Source of the DNA: a virus | DNA length: 22,812 nt | Virus genome (UHGV): UHGV-0339689 | Reading direction: 5' to 3' (one strand) | Shown: piece by piece, positions 1 through 9,760 of the stretch | Layout of the letters: every line of letters begins with the position of its first letter | Numbering within the stretch: position 1 is the stretch's first letter | Position numbers and translations under genes: made by a program | Notes under the pieces: model-generated | What the model was told of the DNA's origin: nothing | Databases searched by the model: none | Seen by the model: only the letters and a program-made list of their open reading frames with translations

Positions 1-79
1 CTATTTCACTGAAGCCTGTTCCGTTCTTCCATAGTTCAAAAACAGAGGCTTTTTCCTCTGCTGTAAATGTTCGTCTCAT
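1..79 (-). CDS. insI: IS30 transposase, N-terminal fragment (runs off window edge)
   Basis: ATG at 79-77 on minus strand; translation MRRTFTAEEKASVFELWKNGTGFSEI matches remembered InsI N-terminus; ATGA overlap with preceding stop. Confidence 0.8.
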   Translation of the reverse strand, partial: MRRTFTAEEKASVFELWKNGTGFSEI

Positions 80-141
80 TCAAAAAACCTCCGCAACCCC
101 ATGTTTTCACATAACTGTTGCGTTGACCAATTGAATCTACA
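1..141 (-). mobile_element. IS30: IS30 insertion sequence, left end only (element continues beyond window start)
   Basis: Reverse complement of 1-141 reads TGTAGATTCAATTGGTCAACGCAACAGTTATGTGAAAACATGGGG..., which I recognise from memory as the IS30 terminal inverted repeat (about 116-141) plus the insI leader; phage coding sequence resumes at 142. Confidence 0.85.
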
Positions 142-456
142 CGTGCCTTCTTCGGCATTATGGTTCGCTTCGCCGTGCAGCCAGGCAGACGACAGTACAT
201 AGACCTGACCGTTCGCCAGCTCGGCAGTGATGGTCATCTCATCAGACGAGGTGATTTTGCTCACCGGAAAATTCTTCGGCACCTTGAAGGTCCCTTTGAC
301 ATAGGGCGCACGGTGAGTTTCCTTGCGGTCCACTGAACCGTCCAGGCCGATGATGTCATCATTGACCGTCCTGTTCATGGGCACCTCAATGCCGCCGGTC
401 AGCGATAGCTGCTGACCGTCAATTTTGAAATAACAGGTTCCCCCGATACGGGCCAT
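76..456 (-). CDS. Phage tail tube protein (Mu/SfV type), 3' end disrupted by IS30; only 142-456 is phage-derived
   Basis: 126-aa ORF directly downstream of the sheath gene (stop/start overlap at 456); last ~21 codons (79-141) are encoded by IS30 sequence, so the native C-terminus is lost. Confidence 0.65.
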   Translation of the reverse strand: MARIGGTCYFKIDGQQLSLTGGIEVPMNRTVNDDIIGLDGSVDRKETHRAPYVKGTFKVPKNFPVSKITSSDEMTITAELANGQVYVLSSAWLHGEANHNAEEGTCRFNWSTQQLCENMGLRRFFE

Positions 457-1952
457 TATGCAGACTCCTCTGAATACTGAAGACGGAACTGGTTAACCAC
501 GGCAAAGACACGCAACTGGTTAACATAGTCAGGCGGGAACAGCGTGTTCAGGCGGTTCGGATCGCTGGCATCACGCTCCACAACCAGGTACTGCTTAAAC
601 AGTTCGTAGTTTTCCACGATCCCCGCACGCTCAAGCTGACGGTAGGTTGCCAGCAGTTCCCCTTTGATCACCGCCGGGGTGACAATCGCCTGACCGGGAC
701 CAAAGCGGGTACCGTCACTGGCAAGCTTGTGACGCCCGTACTTACTGGTAATGACGGATTTCAGTTTGCGCAGTACATACGCGCTGGTATGCAGTGTCTC
801 ACTGTCGAGGTAGCTGTTATCCGCAACCCCGTAAGCGTTTTTCCTGTACGTGGTGACATCACGCTGAATGCGCAGTACCCCGCTTTCGACATACGCCGTT
901 GCCACGCCATGAGACAGCAGGGTCTGTTGTTCGGTCATCGTGAACCGTTTCCCCTTCGGCGCAGGCAGCATACCCACCAGCTCACCGGTCTGCGTGGGAC
1001 GTGCCGGATCGTTGCGAATAAACACCGCTGCGCGGGCGGTACGGCTTGCCGCCAGTTCGTCGGCAGGCGTCTGGGTCTCTTTTTCGTACCCCGCCAGGGT
1101 AATGTGCTGCTGGTTAAACTGGTCACCTGCGGTCACCAGTTCTGACAGCGTGCCGATCTTTGCCGTATACACATGACCATACAGCTGACGCGCATAGCTC
1201 CAGCGACCGCTGGTATCGTTCATCTCGGTCACCAGCGTGTTAACGGAGGCCGTGTCGTTGAACGGCAGGCCGATATAATCAAACGGCTCATCCGCCATTG
1301 CAGCCACCGCGCCGGTGAGAACCGGAGCACCCGTTCCGGCGGTACCCGTCGCCACGGCAATCTGTACGCCCGCTGGCAGCACTTCGCCCCCACCAAAGCC
1401 GTAGTAATTGAGGCTGACAGGAATTTCATTCCCGCAAAGCCCCTTATGACGCGCGGTCAGTGTGACCACACCTGCCGAAGATGAAGCCGTAAACGGCAGG
1501 GCCGGAACGGCATTGATGGCATCTTTGATACTGCTGGCAATCGTCGTGACGTTATCGCCGTTGGTCACCGGAGCCTGCACGCGGGTACGTCCCACATAGA
1601 CATTCACCGTGCCGCTTTCGGTTGCTTCCCCGGTCACCGTCAGCGTAACCGTTGCCGCCGCGCCTGTGGCTTCCGGAACGGCAATCACATACAGCTCACC
1701 AAACGGGTCGGTCTGGCGATAAGCCTCGACCATACGCGCCAGCTGACTTCCCGCACCACAAATCTGGCGTGCATAGTCTGCCGACGGCATCAGCACCAGA
1801 CTGTTGGCAACAATCTCTGCACCGTTACTGGCATGACCAATCAGCAGCGATGCTCCGCTGTCCTGTGCAGTATTCGCCGCCTGGTTATCCATTTCCGCAT
1901 AAAACAGCGGAACCAGCGTATTCGACGGAATGGTGTTAAAGCTTATCGTCAT
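456..1952 (-). CDS. Contractile tail sheath protein (Mu gpL-like)
   Basis: 498-aa ORF; size, position before tube gene and Thr/Gly/Val-rich composition typical of myovirus sheath; SD AAGGTG 7 nt upstream of ATG. Confidence 0.85.
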   Translation of the reverse strand: MTISFNTIPSNTLVPLFYAEMDNQAANTAQDSGASLLIGHASNGAEIVANSLVLMPSADYARQICGAGSQLARMVEAYRQTDPFGELYVIAVPEATGAAATVTLTVTGEATESGTVNVYVGRTRVQAPVTNGDNVTTIASSIKDAINAVPALPFTASSSAGVVTLTARHKGLCGNEIPVSLNYYGFGGGEVLPAGVQIAVATGTAGTGAPVLTGAVAAMADEPFDYIGLPFNDTASVNTLVTEMNDTSGRWSYARQLYGHVYTAKIGTLSELVTAGDQFNQQHITLAGYEKETQTPADELAASRTARAAVFIRNDPARPTQTGELVGMLPAPKGKRFTMTEQQTLLSHGVATAYVESGVLRIQRDVTTYRKNAYGVADNSYLDSETLHTSAYVLRKLKSVITSKYGRHKLASDGTRFGPGQAIVTPAVIKGELLATYRQLERAGIVENYELFKQYLVVERDASDPNRLNTLFPPDYVNQLRVFAVVNQFRLQYSEESA

Positions 1953-2106
1953 CGGTGTTCACCTTTTTATTCACGCGCCGGATATCACCCGCTGCTTCAC
2001 GGCGCAGCCAGTAGTTGTTCTCGTCAACATTTCGCCCTTCGGCGGGCAAAAGGTCGCTGCGGGCAGGGTCAGGCACTGACCGCCCTTTAACAGGTTTCAC
2101 AAACAT
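1936..2106 (-). CDS. Small hypothetical protein (56 aa), not in ORF track
   Basis: Hand translation MFVKPVKGRSVPDPARSDLLPAEGRNVDENNYWLRREAAGDIRRVNKKVNTDDDKL; SD formed by TGAGGA of upstream stop, 5 nt before ATG; overlaps sheath start by 17 nt. Confidence 0.35.
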   Translation of the reverse strand: MFVKPVKGRSVPDPARSDLLPAEGRNVDENNYWLRREAAGDIRRVNKKVNTDDDKL

Positions 2107-2114
2107 GAGGATCC

Positions 2115-2675
2115 TCAGGAAGGAATGGTTATTTCTGTGTGATGTTCGATATCGCCGTCAGGCCCGTTACCTGGATCGAGATAATCAACATCAATCGCCA
2201 GCGTTTGCAGTTCATCCAGACTGTTCAGATCATCCTGCTGGCGGGTATCGTCTTCAGTCAGCTCGCTGATGACCGAAAAATCGAACTGATAAATCAGCTC
2301 ATGACGATTCAGATCCAGCAGCGTGCCGCCGTCATAGGTAATCGGGTTACCGCACGCCTCCGGGTTCCAGCCCAGCAGAGCCTTAAAGAGCATCTGCCGG
2401 ACATCGTCCACCACATCATACGAGGCAAACTGACCGCGCTCATCACGCCCGTTACTCAGTATGACAACCACGGAGAAACCCTCTTTCAGCGCCTGCCAGT
2501 AGTCGGTCTGGCTTTTGTTTTCTCCCGGAGAATCATCACCCGGTACAACATATGCCGCCGGGAGTTTCAGCTTTCCGACCTCCGGCAGATTTTTGAACTG
2601 GGCCGCACCTGCAACCCGGTTTTCAAAATACGGACAGCGGGCACGCAGTGCAGCAATAACAGGCGTCAGTTTCAT
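2115..2675 (-). CDS. Phage virion protein of neck/tail-completion region (Mu gp37/DUF1834-like by position)
   Basis: 186-aa ORF in operon orientation between head-completion genes and sheath; overlapping stop/start with the upstream ORF (2672-3178). Confidence 0.6.
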   Translation of the reverse strand: MKLTPVIAALRARCPYFENRVAGAAQFKNLPEVGKLKLPAAYVVPGDDSPGENKSQTDYWQALKEGFSVVVILSNGRDERGQFASYDVVDDVRQMLFKALLGWNPEACGNPITYDGGTLLDLNRHELIYQFDFSVISELTEDDTRQQDDLNSLDELQTLAIDVDYLDPGNGPDGDIEHHTEITIPS

Positions 2676-3178
2676 CTGTGTCGTCGCTCCGGCTTCAGTG
2701 ATTTACGCAATTCCCGCGCCAGAAAATAGCGTGTCCAGCTGCGGTTCTTTTCAAGCGTTTCCATCATGAAGTTATTACGTGGAGCCAGTCGCCAGCCGCT
2801 GCCACCGGATGCACCACGATGATGGCTGCGACGACGCTTTGCCCCTCGCCTCACGCCATAGAACAAAAAAGCCGGATAAAAATCACCAGTGATACGGCGG
2901 TTTCCCTCTCCATTACGCTGGTTAGGGGCTATACGTGCCATAAAACCAGGGCGATGTTTACTGGCTCTGGGTACCATGTAACCAATCGAACGAGCCAGGC
3001 GTCCGGTCTGATAACCGGGGTTTTCACCCGGTGCCGACCGCGCACGGCGCATCACCAGCCGACGGGCATCACGCATATGACGCTGACCAATCGTGACAAA
3101 CGCCCGCCGGACACGGGCGCGGTTAAAGCGCATCTCCGTGGGCTGCTGAAAATCAACGTGCAAAAAGGAAGTCGCCAT
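2672..3178 (-). CDS. Basic phage morphogenesis protein (HK97 gp10-like / tail completion), start may be internal near 3133
   Basis: 168-aa Arg-rich ORF in operon orientation; overlaps upstream ORF by 26 nt if the first start is used. Confidence 0.5.
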   Translation of the reverse strand: MATSFLHVDFQQPTEMRFNRARVRRAFVTIGQRHMRDARRLVMRRARSAPGENPGYQTGRLARSIGYMVPRASKHRPGFMARIAPNQRNGEGNRRITGDFYPAFLFYGVRRGAKRRRSHHRGASGGSGWRLAPRNNFMMETLEKNRSWTRYFLARELRKSLKPERRHR

Positions 3179-3563
3179 TGCTGCCTCCGTGACTCTGCCT
3201 ACATTCGCCCAGCTCCGTACACTCCAGCAGCAGAAAGCGCCGCGCTCCGTTCAGATCGCGCTGACGTTTCACCCGGTACACACTGTCACCGCAGACCACC
3301 TCATAATCAGAGGTGATCCCCCGGCGGTAACGAATGGTGATGTAATGGGTGATGGCGTCTCCGGTCTGCGCGGTTTCCTGCCAGGTGGTGGCACTGGTCT
3401 GGATAACCTTCGCCCATGTACTGAACGCAACCGGGTATTGAGGCTCCACGCCAAAGTTATCTGCGGGCATATCCACCCGCTGGCGGATCAGGACGCGTTT
3501 ATTCAGTTCACCGGGGTCCGGCAGAATGTAGGTTGCGCTGGTCTGTGCCTGGCTAATTTTCAT
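3153..3563 (-). CDS. Head-tail adaptor / head closure protein
   Basis: 136-aa ORF following the gp6-like connector gene with 4-nt overlap; typical size and position. Confidence 0.6.
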   Translation of the reverse strand: MKISQAQTSATYILPDPGELNKRVLIRQRVDMPADNFGVEPQYPVAFSTWAKVIQTSATTWQETAQTGDAITHYITIRYRRGITSDYEVVCGDSVYRVKRQRDLNGARRFLLLECTELGECRQSHGGSNGDFLFAR

Positions 3564-3889
3564 TGCGGAAAGTACCTGTACGGGCTGACAAGCCAGCCAA
3601 AACTCTGCGGCATGTCGAGTTTCTCCACTTCCGTAACCGACGAGCGGTTTTCGTAAAAGTGGCTGATAAGCATCAGCATCCCAAGACGAATATCATCCGG
3701 CAGGTGCAGCCCGTCCGGATCGCTGTCCGGAATGGATTCATCCGGTGCATAGAGCTTCCGGTTCAGATACGTTTCCGTCCGCTTTTGCGCCGCACAGGCC
3801 AGCAGTTGCAGATGGCGGTCATCGGCATCGAAATCCTCATCCAGCCGGAGTTGGGCTTTAATCTCTTCCAGTGTCAGAAGCATTCTCAT
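3560..3889 (-). CDS. Head-tail connector protein (gp6-like)
   Basis: 109-aa acidic ORF MRMLLTLEEIKAQLRLDEDFDADD... with the usual position downstream of the major capsid gene. Confidence 0.7.
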   Translation of the reverse strand: MRMLLTLEEIKAQLRLDEDFDADDRHLQLLACAAQKRTETYLNRKLYAPDESIPDSDPDGLHLPDDIRLGMLMLISHFYENRSSVTEVEKLDMPQSFGWLVSPYRYFPQ

Positions 3890-4085
3890 CCCTCTTTACT
3901 GGCCGTGGCTTTTTCTCTTTTGCCGCTTTACTGCTTTTTGCACTGGTTCCGCGCTCTGCTAACCCGGCCTGAAGTGCAATCTCCTGCACCCGGGCAGGAA
4001 GCGCCCCGTCGTCATACTCACCGGCCCGAATGACCTCAACACGCATACCGTCCGGTGACCATTTAAGATCTTGTTTCAGGATCAT
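3858..4085 (-). CDS. Small hypothetical phage protein (75 aa)
   Basis: ORF starting 50 nt after capsid stop and after a GC hairpin; Lys/Ala-rich C-terminus. Confidence 0.4.
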   Translation of the reverse strand: MILKQDLKWSPDGMRVEVIRAGEYDDGALPARVQEIALQAGLAERGTSAKSSKAAKEKKPRPVKRDENASDTGRD

Positions 4086-4134
4086 GATTCTTCACCCTTC
4101 AGAACAGGGGGCGCGGAACCGCGCCCATGAGCGA

Positions 4135-5340
4135 TTACTTCTCTGCAATCTTCAGCAGTTTGATGGCCTGCGAATCGACCAGCATTCCGCCGGTGCGCTT
4201 GGTGGTATAAAAACCGACAAACGGTTTATTGGTGTACGGGTCACGCAGAATGCGGGTGCCGATACGGTCAACGATGGTGTAACCCCGTTTGAAGTTACCA
4301 AATGCGATGGCTTTCGCATCCGCAGCAATATCCGGCATCTGTTCGTTTTCAGCAATACCGTACCCCAGCAGAGAAGAAGGCTGCCCCAGTTCCAGCCCCG
4401 GACGCCACAGATAGTTACCCTCGTTGTCTTTCAACAGACGAATGGCAAACAGGCTGTTGTTGTTCATCATGAACTTCGCGCCAGTGCGGTGTGCCTTACG
4501 CAGCGTGTAAATCAGTTTGATAATGGCGTCTGCGGTCACCGCAGTCGCTTCGCCGGATACAATATGCTGAAGTTTGCCGAACGCCCGGACCTTATCGGTT
4601 TCATCAGTGGATTCATACGCCAGGAACCCTTTCGGCTTCTTGGTGCCATCGCCTGAGGTAAAGGCAATTTCTTCCTGTTCGGCAAATTCGGTTGCCAGCT
4701 CGCTGTTGATCCATGCTTCCACGTTGAAAAAGGCATCATCCAGCATTTTCTGGGTGGCCTGCGGGTTACCGTAGATTTCCCCCATGAAAGGTTCAATCAG
4801 GCCCAGTTTTGAGGTGGCAGTCTGGGAGCGCGCGTCAGTCTCGCCAACCCATCCGGAAGCCGTGCCGCCCAGATTCACCAGTTTTTTGTAGTCGGAACCA
4901 CCAATGGTGATCACCGTGGCTTCCTGACGCATCACCACTTCATCTTTCAGCAAGGTCAGAATGTTGCGATCCAGCGCTTCCGGCACGGCATAGCCGCCGT
5001 CTTCATCGGTGCCCACCTGTAATGCCTTGCGCTCCAGATCGCGCAGACCATCTTCACGGCCTTTACGCAGGAAGCCCACAAACGCTTCTTTATGCTCGGT
5101 GGTCAGTTTATTTTGCGCACCACCTGCCGGACGTTTCAGCTCAAGCAGCTCTTTTTCAAGATCGCTTTTGAGATTTTCCAGCTCGCTGAGTTTTCCGTTC
5201 AGGGTTTCCACCTGCCCGGCAAGTTTGCCTTTTTCCTGCTCAATCGCCTCAACGCGCTTGTCGTTCTTTGCTTTGAAGTCGTCAAACTTCTGCTGCAGCT
5301 CCTGCGCGACCTGTTCGACATCTTTAATATCAACCGCCAT
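4135..5340 (-). CDS. Major capsid protein, HK97 family
   Basis: 401-aa ORF with long N-terminal coiled-coil delta/scaffold-like domain (QELQQKFDDFKAKNDKRVEAIEQEKGKL...) then capsid domain; SD AGGAGA 6 nt upstream; follows protease gene. Confidence 0.9.
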   Translation of the reverse strand: MAVDIKDVEQVAQELQQKFDDFKAKNDKRVEAIEQEKGKLAGQVETLNGKLSELENLKSDLEKELLELKRPAGGAQNKLTTEHKEAFVGFLRKGREDGLRDLERKALQVGTDEDGGYAVPEALDRNILTLLKDEVVMRQEATVITIGGSDYKKLVNLGGTASGWVGETDARSQTATSKLGLIEPFMGEIYGNPQATQKMLDDAFFNVEAWINSELATEFAEQEEIAFTSGDGTKKPKGFLAYESTDETDKVRAFGKLQHIVSGEATAVTADAIIKLIYTLRKAHRTGAKFMMNNNSLFAIRLLKDNEGNYLWRPGLELGQPSSLLGYGIAENEQMPDIAADAKAIAFGNFKRGYTIVDRIGTRILRDPYTNKPFVGFYTTKRTGGMLVDSQAIKLLKIAEK

Positions 5341-5354
5341 CGTATTTCTCCTGA

Positions 5355-6041
5355 TTAGAAGTTCAGATTTTTCAGTGCATTCAGTGCAGAGCCCACATCC
5401 TCAGCGTCGCGCAGGGACAGTGCGCCATAGCCCCCGGCCATGAATGCTTTGGCCTGGGTACGGGAGAGTCCGACATCACGCAGGACTCTTTCGATTTTTT
5501 TCTGTTCGGGGATTTCCCCGCGGGCCAGTGCGTTCTTGACGTCGCTGATCCGCGCCTCGTCGTTAGACGGGAACGTCACCAGGCTGACTTCCCAGAGGTC
5601 GATTTCTTTCAGCAGAAAGGCTTCTTTGCTCCGGTCGTATTCCCAGTCTTTCAGGACGTACCCAATAGAAAGGCCGGTTAACGAACCGGCCTTCATGTGT
5701 GCATGTGCGCGTTTTGCGAGGGGATCATCATCAATAAGCAACCGTCCCCTGACGTAAAGCCCGACATCGTCTTCCTTCATTTCGGTGTAAACACCGATGG
5801 GTTCATCCATGCGGTGCTGCCAGAGCAGCGCAGGTAACGCTTTTCTGTCACTCCACGCCCGCAGGGAAGCAGCAAATGCCCCGGACATCACCACATCATC
5901 GTGGCTGTCCTTTACACCAAAGACGGAGCCATACCCTTCAAACTCACCGGAGTCACTGACAGATTTCAGACTCAGCGGTACATCAAGACGTTGTTTCGTC
6001 TGCATTGGCGTTATCCTTCTGCTTACCGGCTTTACTGCCAT
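5355..6041 (-). CDS. Prohead protease, HK97 family
   Basis: 228-aa ORF between portal and capsid; conserved gene order; start may be the internal ATG at 6005. Confidence 0.8.
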   Translation of the reverse strand: MAVKPVSRRITPMQTKQRLDVPLSLKSVSDSGEFEGYGSVFGVKDSHDDVVMSGAFAASLRAWSDRKALPALLWQHRMDEPIGVYTEMKEDDVGLYVRGRLLIDDDPLAKRAHAHMKAGSLTGLSIGYVLKDWEYDRSKEAFLLKEIDLWEVSLVTFPSNDEARISDVKNALARGEIPEQKKIERVLRDVGLSRTQAKAFMAGGYGALSLRDAEDVGSALNALKNLNF

Positions 6042-7224
6042 CGGAGGGTTTCGTGGTCATGTTCATCGGTGTGAGATAGACATCACCACCGGGTCGTGGA
6101 TTCATATCTTCCAGGTCGCGGCAGTCATTGGGAGAGTAAATTCCCCAGTTGATCCCGGTGGCGTAGGCTTCAAAACGGGACTTCATATCCCCGCGCAGTA
6201 ACGCCCCGGCGTTAAATTTGGCGTAATAAACGCCCTGCTTACTTTTTCGTACCAGTCCGGTGTTGATCCGCTGTTCGATGCGGGTCAGATACGGCACCAG
6301 TGAATAGTTGATAAATCCCAGCCCCAGCTCTTCGATATTGTTGAAGGTGGCGCGATCGGTGTTCTGCACCATGTGCAACGGCACCCGGAACAGACGACAG
6401 ATTTCTTCAAGCTGAAACTTGCGGGTTTCCAGGAACTGGCTGTCCTCGGCGTTCAGCGCCATCGACTTCCAGTCCAGCCCCATCTCAAGGATCATCGGGC
6501 GGTGAGCATTGCCAAGCCCGGTGTGACGCTCCTCAAAATCTTTCTTCAGGCGCTCATAAGCCTGATCTGACAGCGTCTGCTCTGTACGCAACACACCCGA
6601 CGTCACCGCGCCATTGCTGAACAGTCTGGCCCCGTGCTCTTCGGTCGCTGCCGCCAGCGATATTGCCTCGCGGGCATAGGCGATGGGATTCAGCCCCACC
6701 AGTCCGTCCAGCGTCAGCGTGCGCACATGCCAGATATCCTTCTGGCTCAGTACATCCGTGGAGCCATCCGGGAATGTGACCTGATAGACCGGCTCCCAGC
6801 TACTGTTAAGCTTCGGTACCACACAGCCGGGATCGACGGGCAGCAGTTCAGCCACTTCGCCAAATGCTTTCACTTTGTAGGCGTAAAAGTTTCCCCGCAG
6901 GCACAGACAGGTGACCACCAGCTCCCAGAACTCCTGCGGCGTCATATAGCCATTGGGATGCGTGGAGATCAGCTTATGCAGACGTTCGCCAGCGGCTCTC
7001 TGCTTCAGACTGCCGTTCAGGTGATACAGGTTGCAGGGCAACATCCCGACCGACTCCGCCAGCACCCTGACACAGGAAAAAACCGCCGTCAGTCGCATGG
7101 CCCGCTGGCTGCTGATCTGCTTTCCGGTATAGGTGTCGTAGGACAACCCGATAGCATCCGCCAGCTCTGCTGGCGTGGTCACCGGTGCGTCACTTTTTCG
7201 TTGAAATAATCCCGAAAAGAACAC
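5983..7224 (-). CDS. Portal protein, HK97 family
   Basis: 413-aa ORF downstream of terminase large subunit; size and order typical. Confidence 0.9.
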   Translation of the reverse strand: MFFSGLFQRKSDAPVTTPAELADAIGLSYDTYTGKQISSQRAMRLTAVFSCVRVLAESVGMLPCNLYHLNGSLKQRAAGERLHKLISTHPNGYMTPQEFWELVVTCLCLRGNFYAYKVKAFGEVAELLPVDPGCVVPKLNSSWEPVYQVTFPDGSTDVLSQKDIWHVRTLTLDGLVGLNPIAYAREAISLAAATEEHGARLFSNGAVTSGVLRTEQTLSDQAYERLKKDFEERHTGLGNAHRPMILEMGLDWKSMALNAEDSQFLETRKFQLEEICRLFRVPLHMVQNTDRATFNNIEELGLGFINYSLVPYLTRIEQRINTGLVRKSKQGVYYAKFNAGALLRGDMKSRFEAYATGINWGIYSPNDCRDLEDMNPRPGGDVYLTPMNMTTKPSDGSKAGKQKDNANADETTS

Positions 7225-7406
7225 TATTTACCTCCGCCGACAGACGACTGTGTACGGTCGAGATATCGCGCCACCAGCCACGACCAGAACAGACACAACG
7301 CCCCGGCAACAACAAACCCCGCCGGGGGATAAATCAGCCAGGCACCATACGCCAGCAAAAGCGCCCCCAGCACGCCCACCAGAGGCGCGAGAATCAGCAT
7401 GATCAT
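7224..7406 (-). CDS. Small two-helix membrane protein (60 aa)
   Basis: [49 protein letters not shown]...; two hydrophobic segments; stop overlaps portal start. Confidence 0.45.
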
Positions 7407-7417
7407 AATTACCTCAG

Positions 7418-9151
7418 TTAAAGCGAGCGGATCCCATAGGACTCAATGTGGTCAGACAGCGTGTCTTCTTTCTCGTACAGCATGGCTCTGCCAACCGCCA
7501 TAATCAGCGCAACTGCACCATCGATTTTGTTTTCCGCCTGCTCTTTGACGGGCTTCACTAAATCATCGTTACCCGGAATGGTTTTGCCGACCACATTGCC
7601 GATACACCAGGTCATGATGGGATTGCCGTCATGATGAAAGCGTCCCGATTCAATCGCTGCCTCCAGCTCTTTCATCGGGTCGGACATATTGGCGAAGTTC
7701 TGGACGATAGTAACGGGATTCAGGTCTTCATCAGCAAGGTCATGTGACAGCCCGGTCGCTCCGAAAGGGTCGATGGGTGACTCACTGACCGGGCTGATTT
7801 TGTTCGCCGCTTTGGCCTCTTCGAGGATGTAGCGATAATCCACCTCTGCACCATCGGTAACGGTCAGAACGCCCATTTCCACCCATTTCTGAAAGCGTTC
7901 GGCTGTCCGGCGATCTTCATTTTTCTCGACGCTGTACACCGTGTCATACGGTACCCAGAAACGCGGGGCCACACTGTAGTAATGCGTTTTACCGTCAATC
8001 TCGCGGGTATAAAGTCGCGCCATGCTGTTCATATCCAGCTTACGCGCCAGGTCAAAGGCCAGAATGCACGGCTGCCCCTCGAACTGCTCAAGAGTCAGTG
8101 ATTTATCCTCGCAGCTCTGCCAGCTCACCAGGTTGAAATACGCCGAACGCGCCGACACCCAGATATTGAGGTGTTTTGTTTTAAAGACGTTTGCCAGACG
8201 GGCGTTATTTTTCGCACGCTGCTGCTGACTTAACAAAAATTCGCGATAAACCGACACGCCAATATTTGGATTGGCTTTTTCCAGCACCTGCGGGTCGGTC
8301 CAGTCGTCACCTTCATCAACGGTATAGATGATCCCGAACAGTTCATCGTTAGGCACCGAGCCGTTGAGCATCTCGATGACTTCCCGCCGCTTGTCGTAGC
8401 ACGGCCCCTCAATGTTGTACCCGGCGGTGGTGATGGCCCACATCAGTGGCTGACGTCGCGCCCCCATCCCGGTAAGCATTGTGGTATAAAGCGCATCGGT
8501 GGCATGCTCGTGATATTCATCAACCACGGCACAGTGGGGTGATGAACCATCACCTGGGTTGCCGATCAGCGGTTCAAACCGCGCGCCATCCTCCGGACGG
8601 TTCATGTTTGAGGCGTTAACCTCAATCCCGAACGCTTCCGTCAGCATGGGTGTGCGTTTACACATCAGTCGCGCCGGGCGAAAGACTTCCCACGCCTGTT
8701 TCTCTGTCGTGGCACCGGAATACACTTCCGCGCCAAACTCGTTATCACAGGCAAAACAATACAGGGCAACACCGGCAGAGATTGCTGATTTGCCGTTCTT
8801 ACGGGGGATTTCGGTGTACACCTCCCGGAAGCGGCGCAACCGGGTGCCTTTATTGACCCAGCCAAACGCACAGCAGATCACAAATAGCTGCCACGGCTCC
8901 AGCGTGATGGGCATCCGTTTGAATGCCCACTCCCCCTTGGTGTGCGGCAACAGCTGAATAAATTTCGCGGCCCGTTCAGCCAGGTCCTTGTCGAAGCGGT
9001 AACGAAACGACTTACTTTTTTCCGCCATCAGGTCATCAAGATGGCGCTGGCAGGCCTGAATCACAAACTGGCAGGCAACAATCTTTCCGCGCACGACATC
9101 CCGGGCATACTGATTTGCAGCATTTACGTTGGGGTAAGATTTCCGGCTCAT
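7418..9151 (-). CDS. Terminase large subunit
   Basis: 577-aa ORF; ATGA overlap with small subunit stop; ATPase and nuclease-type size and order. Confidence 0.9.
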
Positions 9152-9642
9152 GATTCGATGATTTTCAGAAACGGGTTAGTGGCTTTCTTCTTCCCCGCCA
9201 GGCCAATCAGACGCTGGCGGCTGCTGGGGTCGAGTCCGAGCATTGCCCCCGTACTGCTCATCTCGGACTCCTGTTCTTTTTTGGCAGTCAGCTCCGGATT
9301 TTTGACCATACCGCCCATTGCACCGGTGATGGTGTTGCCCTGTCTGGCAATATTTTTCACGGCACGTCGCCAGAACTCGTAGGCCACGCACCACCGCTCA
9401 AGCACCGCAAGGTCAGTCACGCACAGCAGGCCCTGACCGCAGAGTTCTTTAGTTGTCAGTTGCCACATGATCGTAGCGAGAGGGAGATCTTCTTCAGCGA
9501 ACCACTCCGGTGGCTCAACACCTTTGATGGGCGTAAAAACAGGTTCATCTTTATTCAGGGCTCGCTTGCCGGGGTTTCCGGCCAGCGCCTTGCGCGCCGT
9601 TGGCTTGGGGCGACGCCCGGAACGCCCCGCCGTTCCAGCCAT
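9148..9642 (-). CDS. Terminase small subunit (P27-family-like)
   Basis: Track ORF 9148-9651 begins at GTG; the ATG at 9642 ([14 protein letters not shown]...) has SD AGGAG 8 nt upstream and is the likelier start. Confidence 0.8.
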   Translation of the reverse strand: MAGTAGRSGRRPKPTARKALAGNPGKRALNKDEPVFTPIKGVEPPEWFAEEDLPLATIMWQLTTKELCGQGLLCVTDLAVLERWCVAYEFWRRAVKNIARQGNTITGAMGGMVKNPELTAKKEQESEMSSTGAMLGLDPSSRQRLIGLAGKKKATNPFLKIIES

Positions 9643-9679
9643 ATGCGGCACTCCTGGTTAAATTTCATTTTTCGCGGGT

Positions 9680-9760
9680 ATAAAAAAACGATGGGGCGGG
9701 CAGTCCGGAAGACGTCAGGTCACAGAGATTTGACCCGCCCCTCCCCTCAGACAGTTGAGA
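9680..9760. other. Candidate cos site / packaging initiation region
   Basis: GC-rich nested inverted repeats GGGGCGGG (9693-9700) / CCCGCCCC (9734-9741) around GACGTC and GGTCA..TGACC, in the gap between HNH and terminase small genes. Confidence 0.35.

Noticed and set aside
729-1484. Plus-strand ORFs 729-1145, 940-1176 and 1173-1484 inside the sheath gene
   Set aside because: Antisense to a long, well-supported structural gene; Arg/Cys-rich low-complexity translations typical of GC-rich off-frames
2139-4656. Plus-strand ORFs 2139-2729, 2819-3316, 3189-3656, 3563-4033 and 4030-4656
   Set aside because: All lie antisense to the tightly coupled minus-strand head/neck operon and lack SD sequences
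6634-7209. Plus-strand ORF of 191 aa antisense to the portal gene
   Set aside because: Antisense shadow ORF; no ribosome-binding site; portal frame is far better supported
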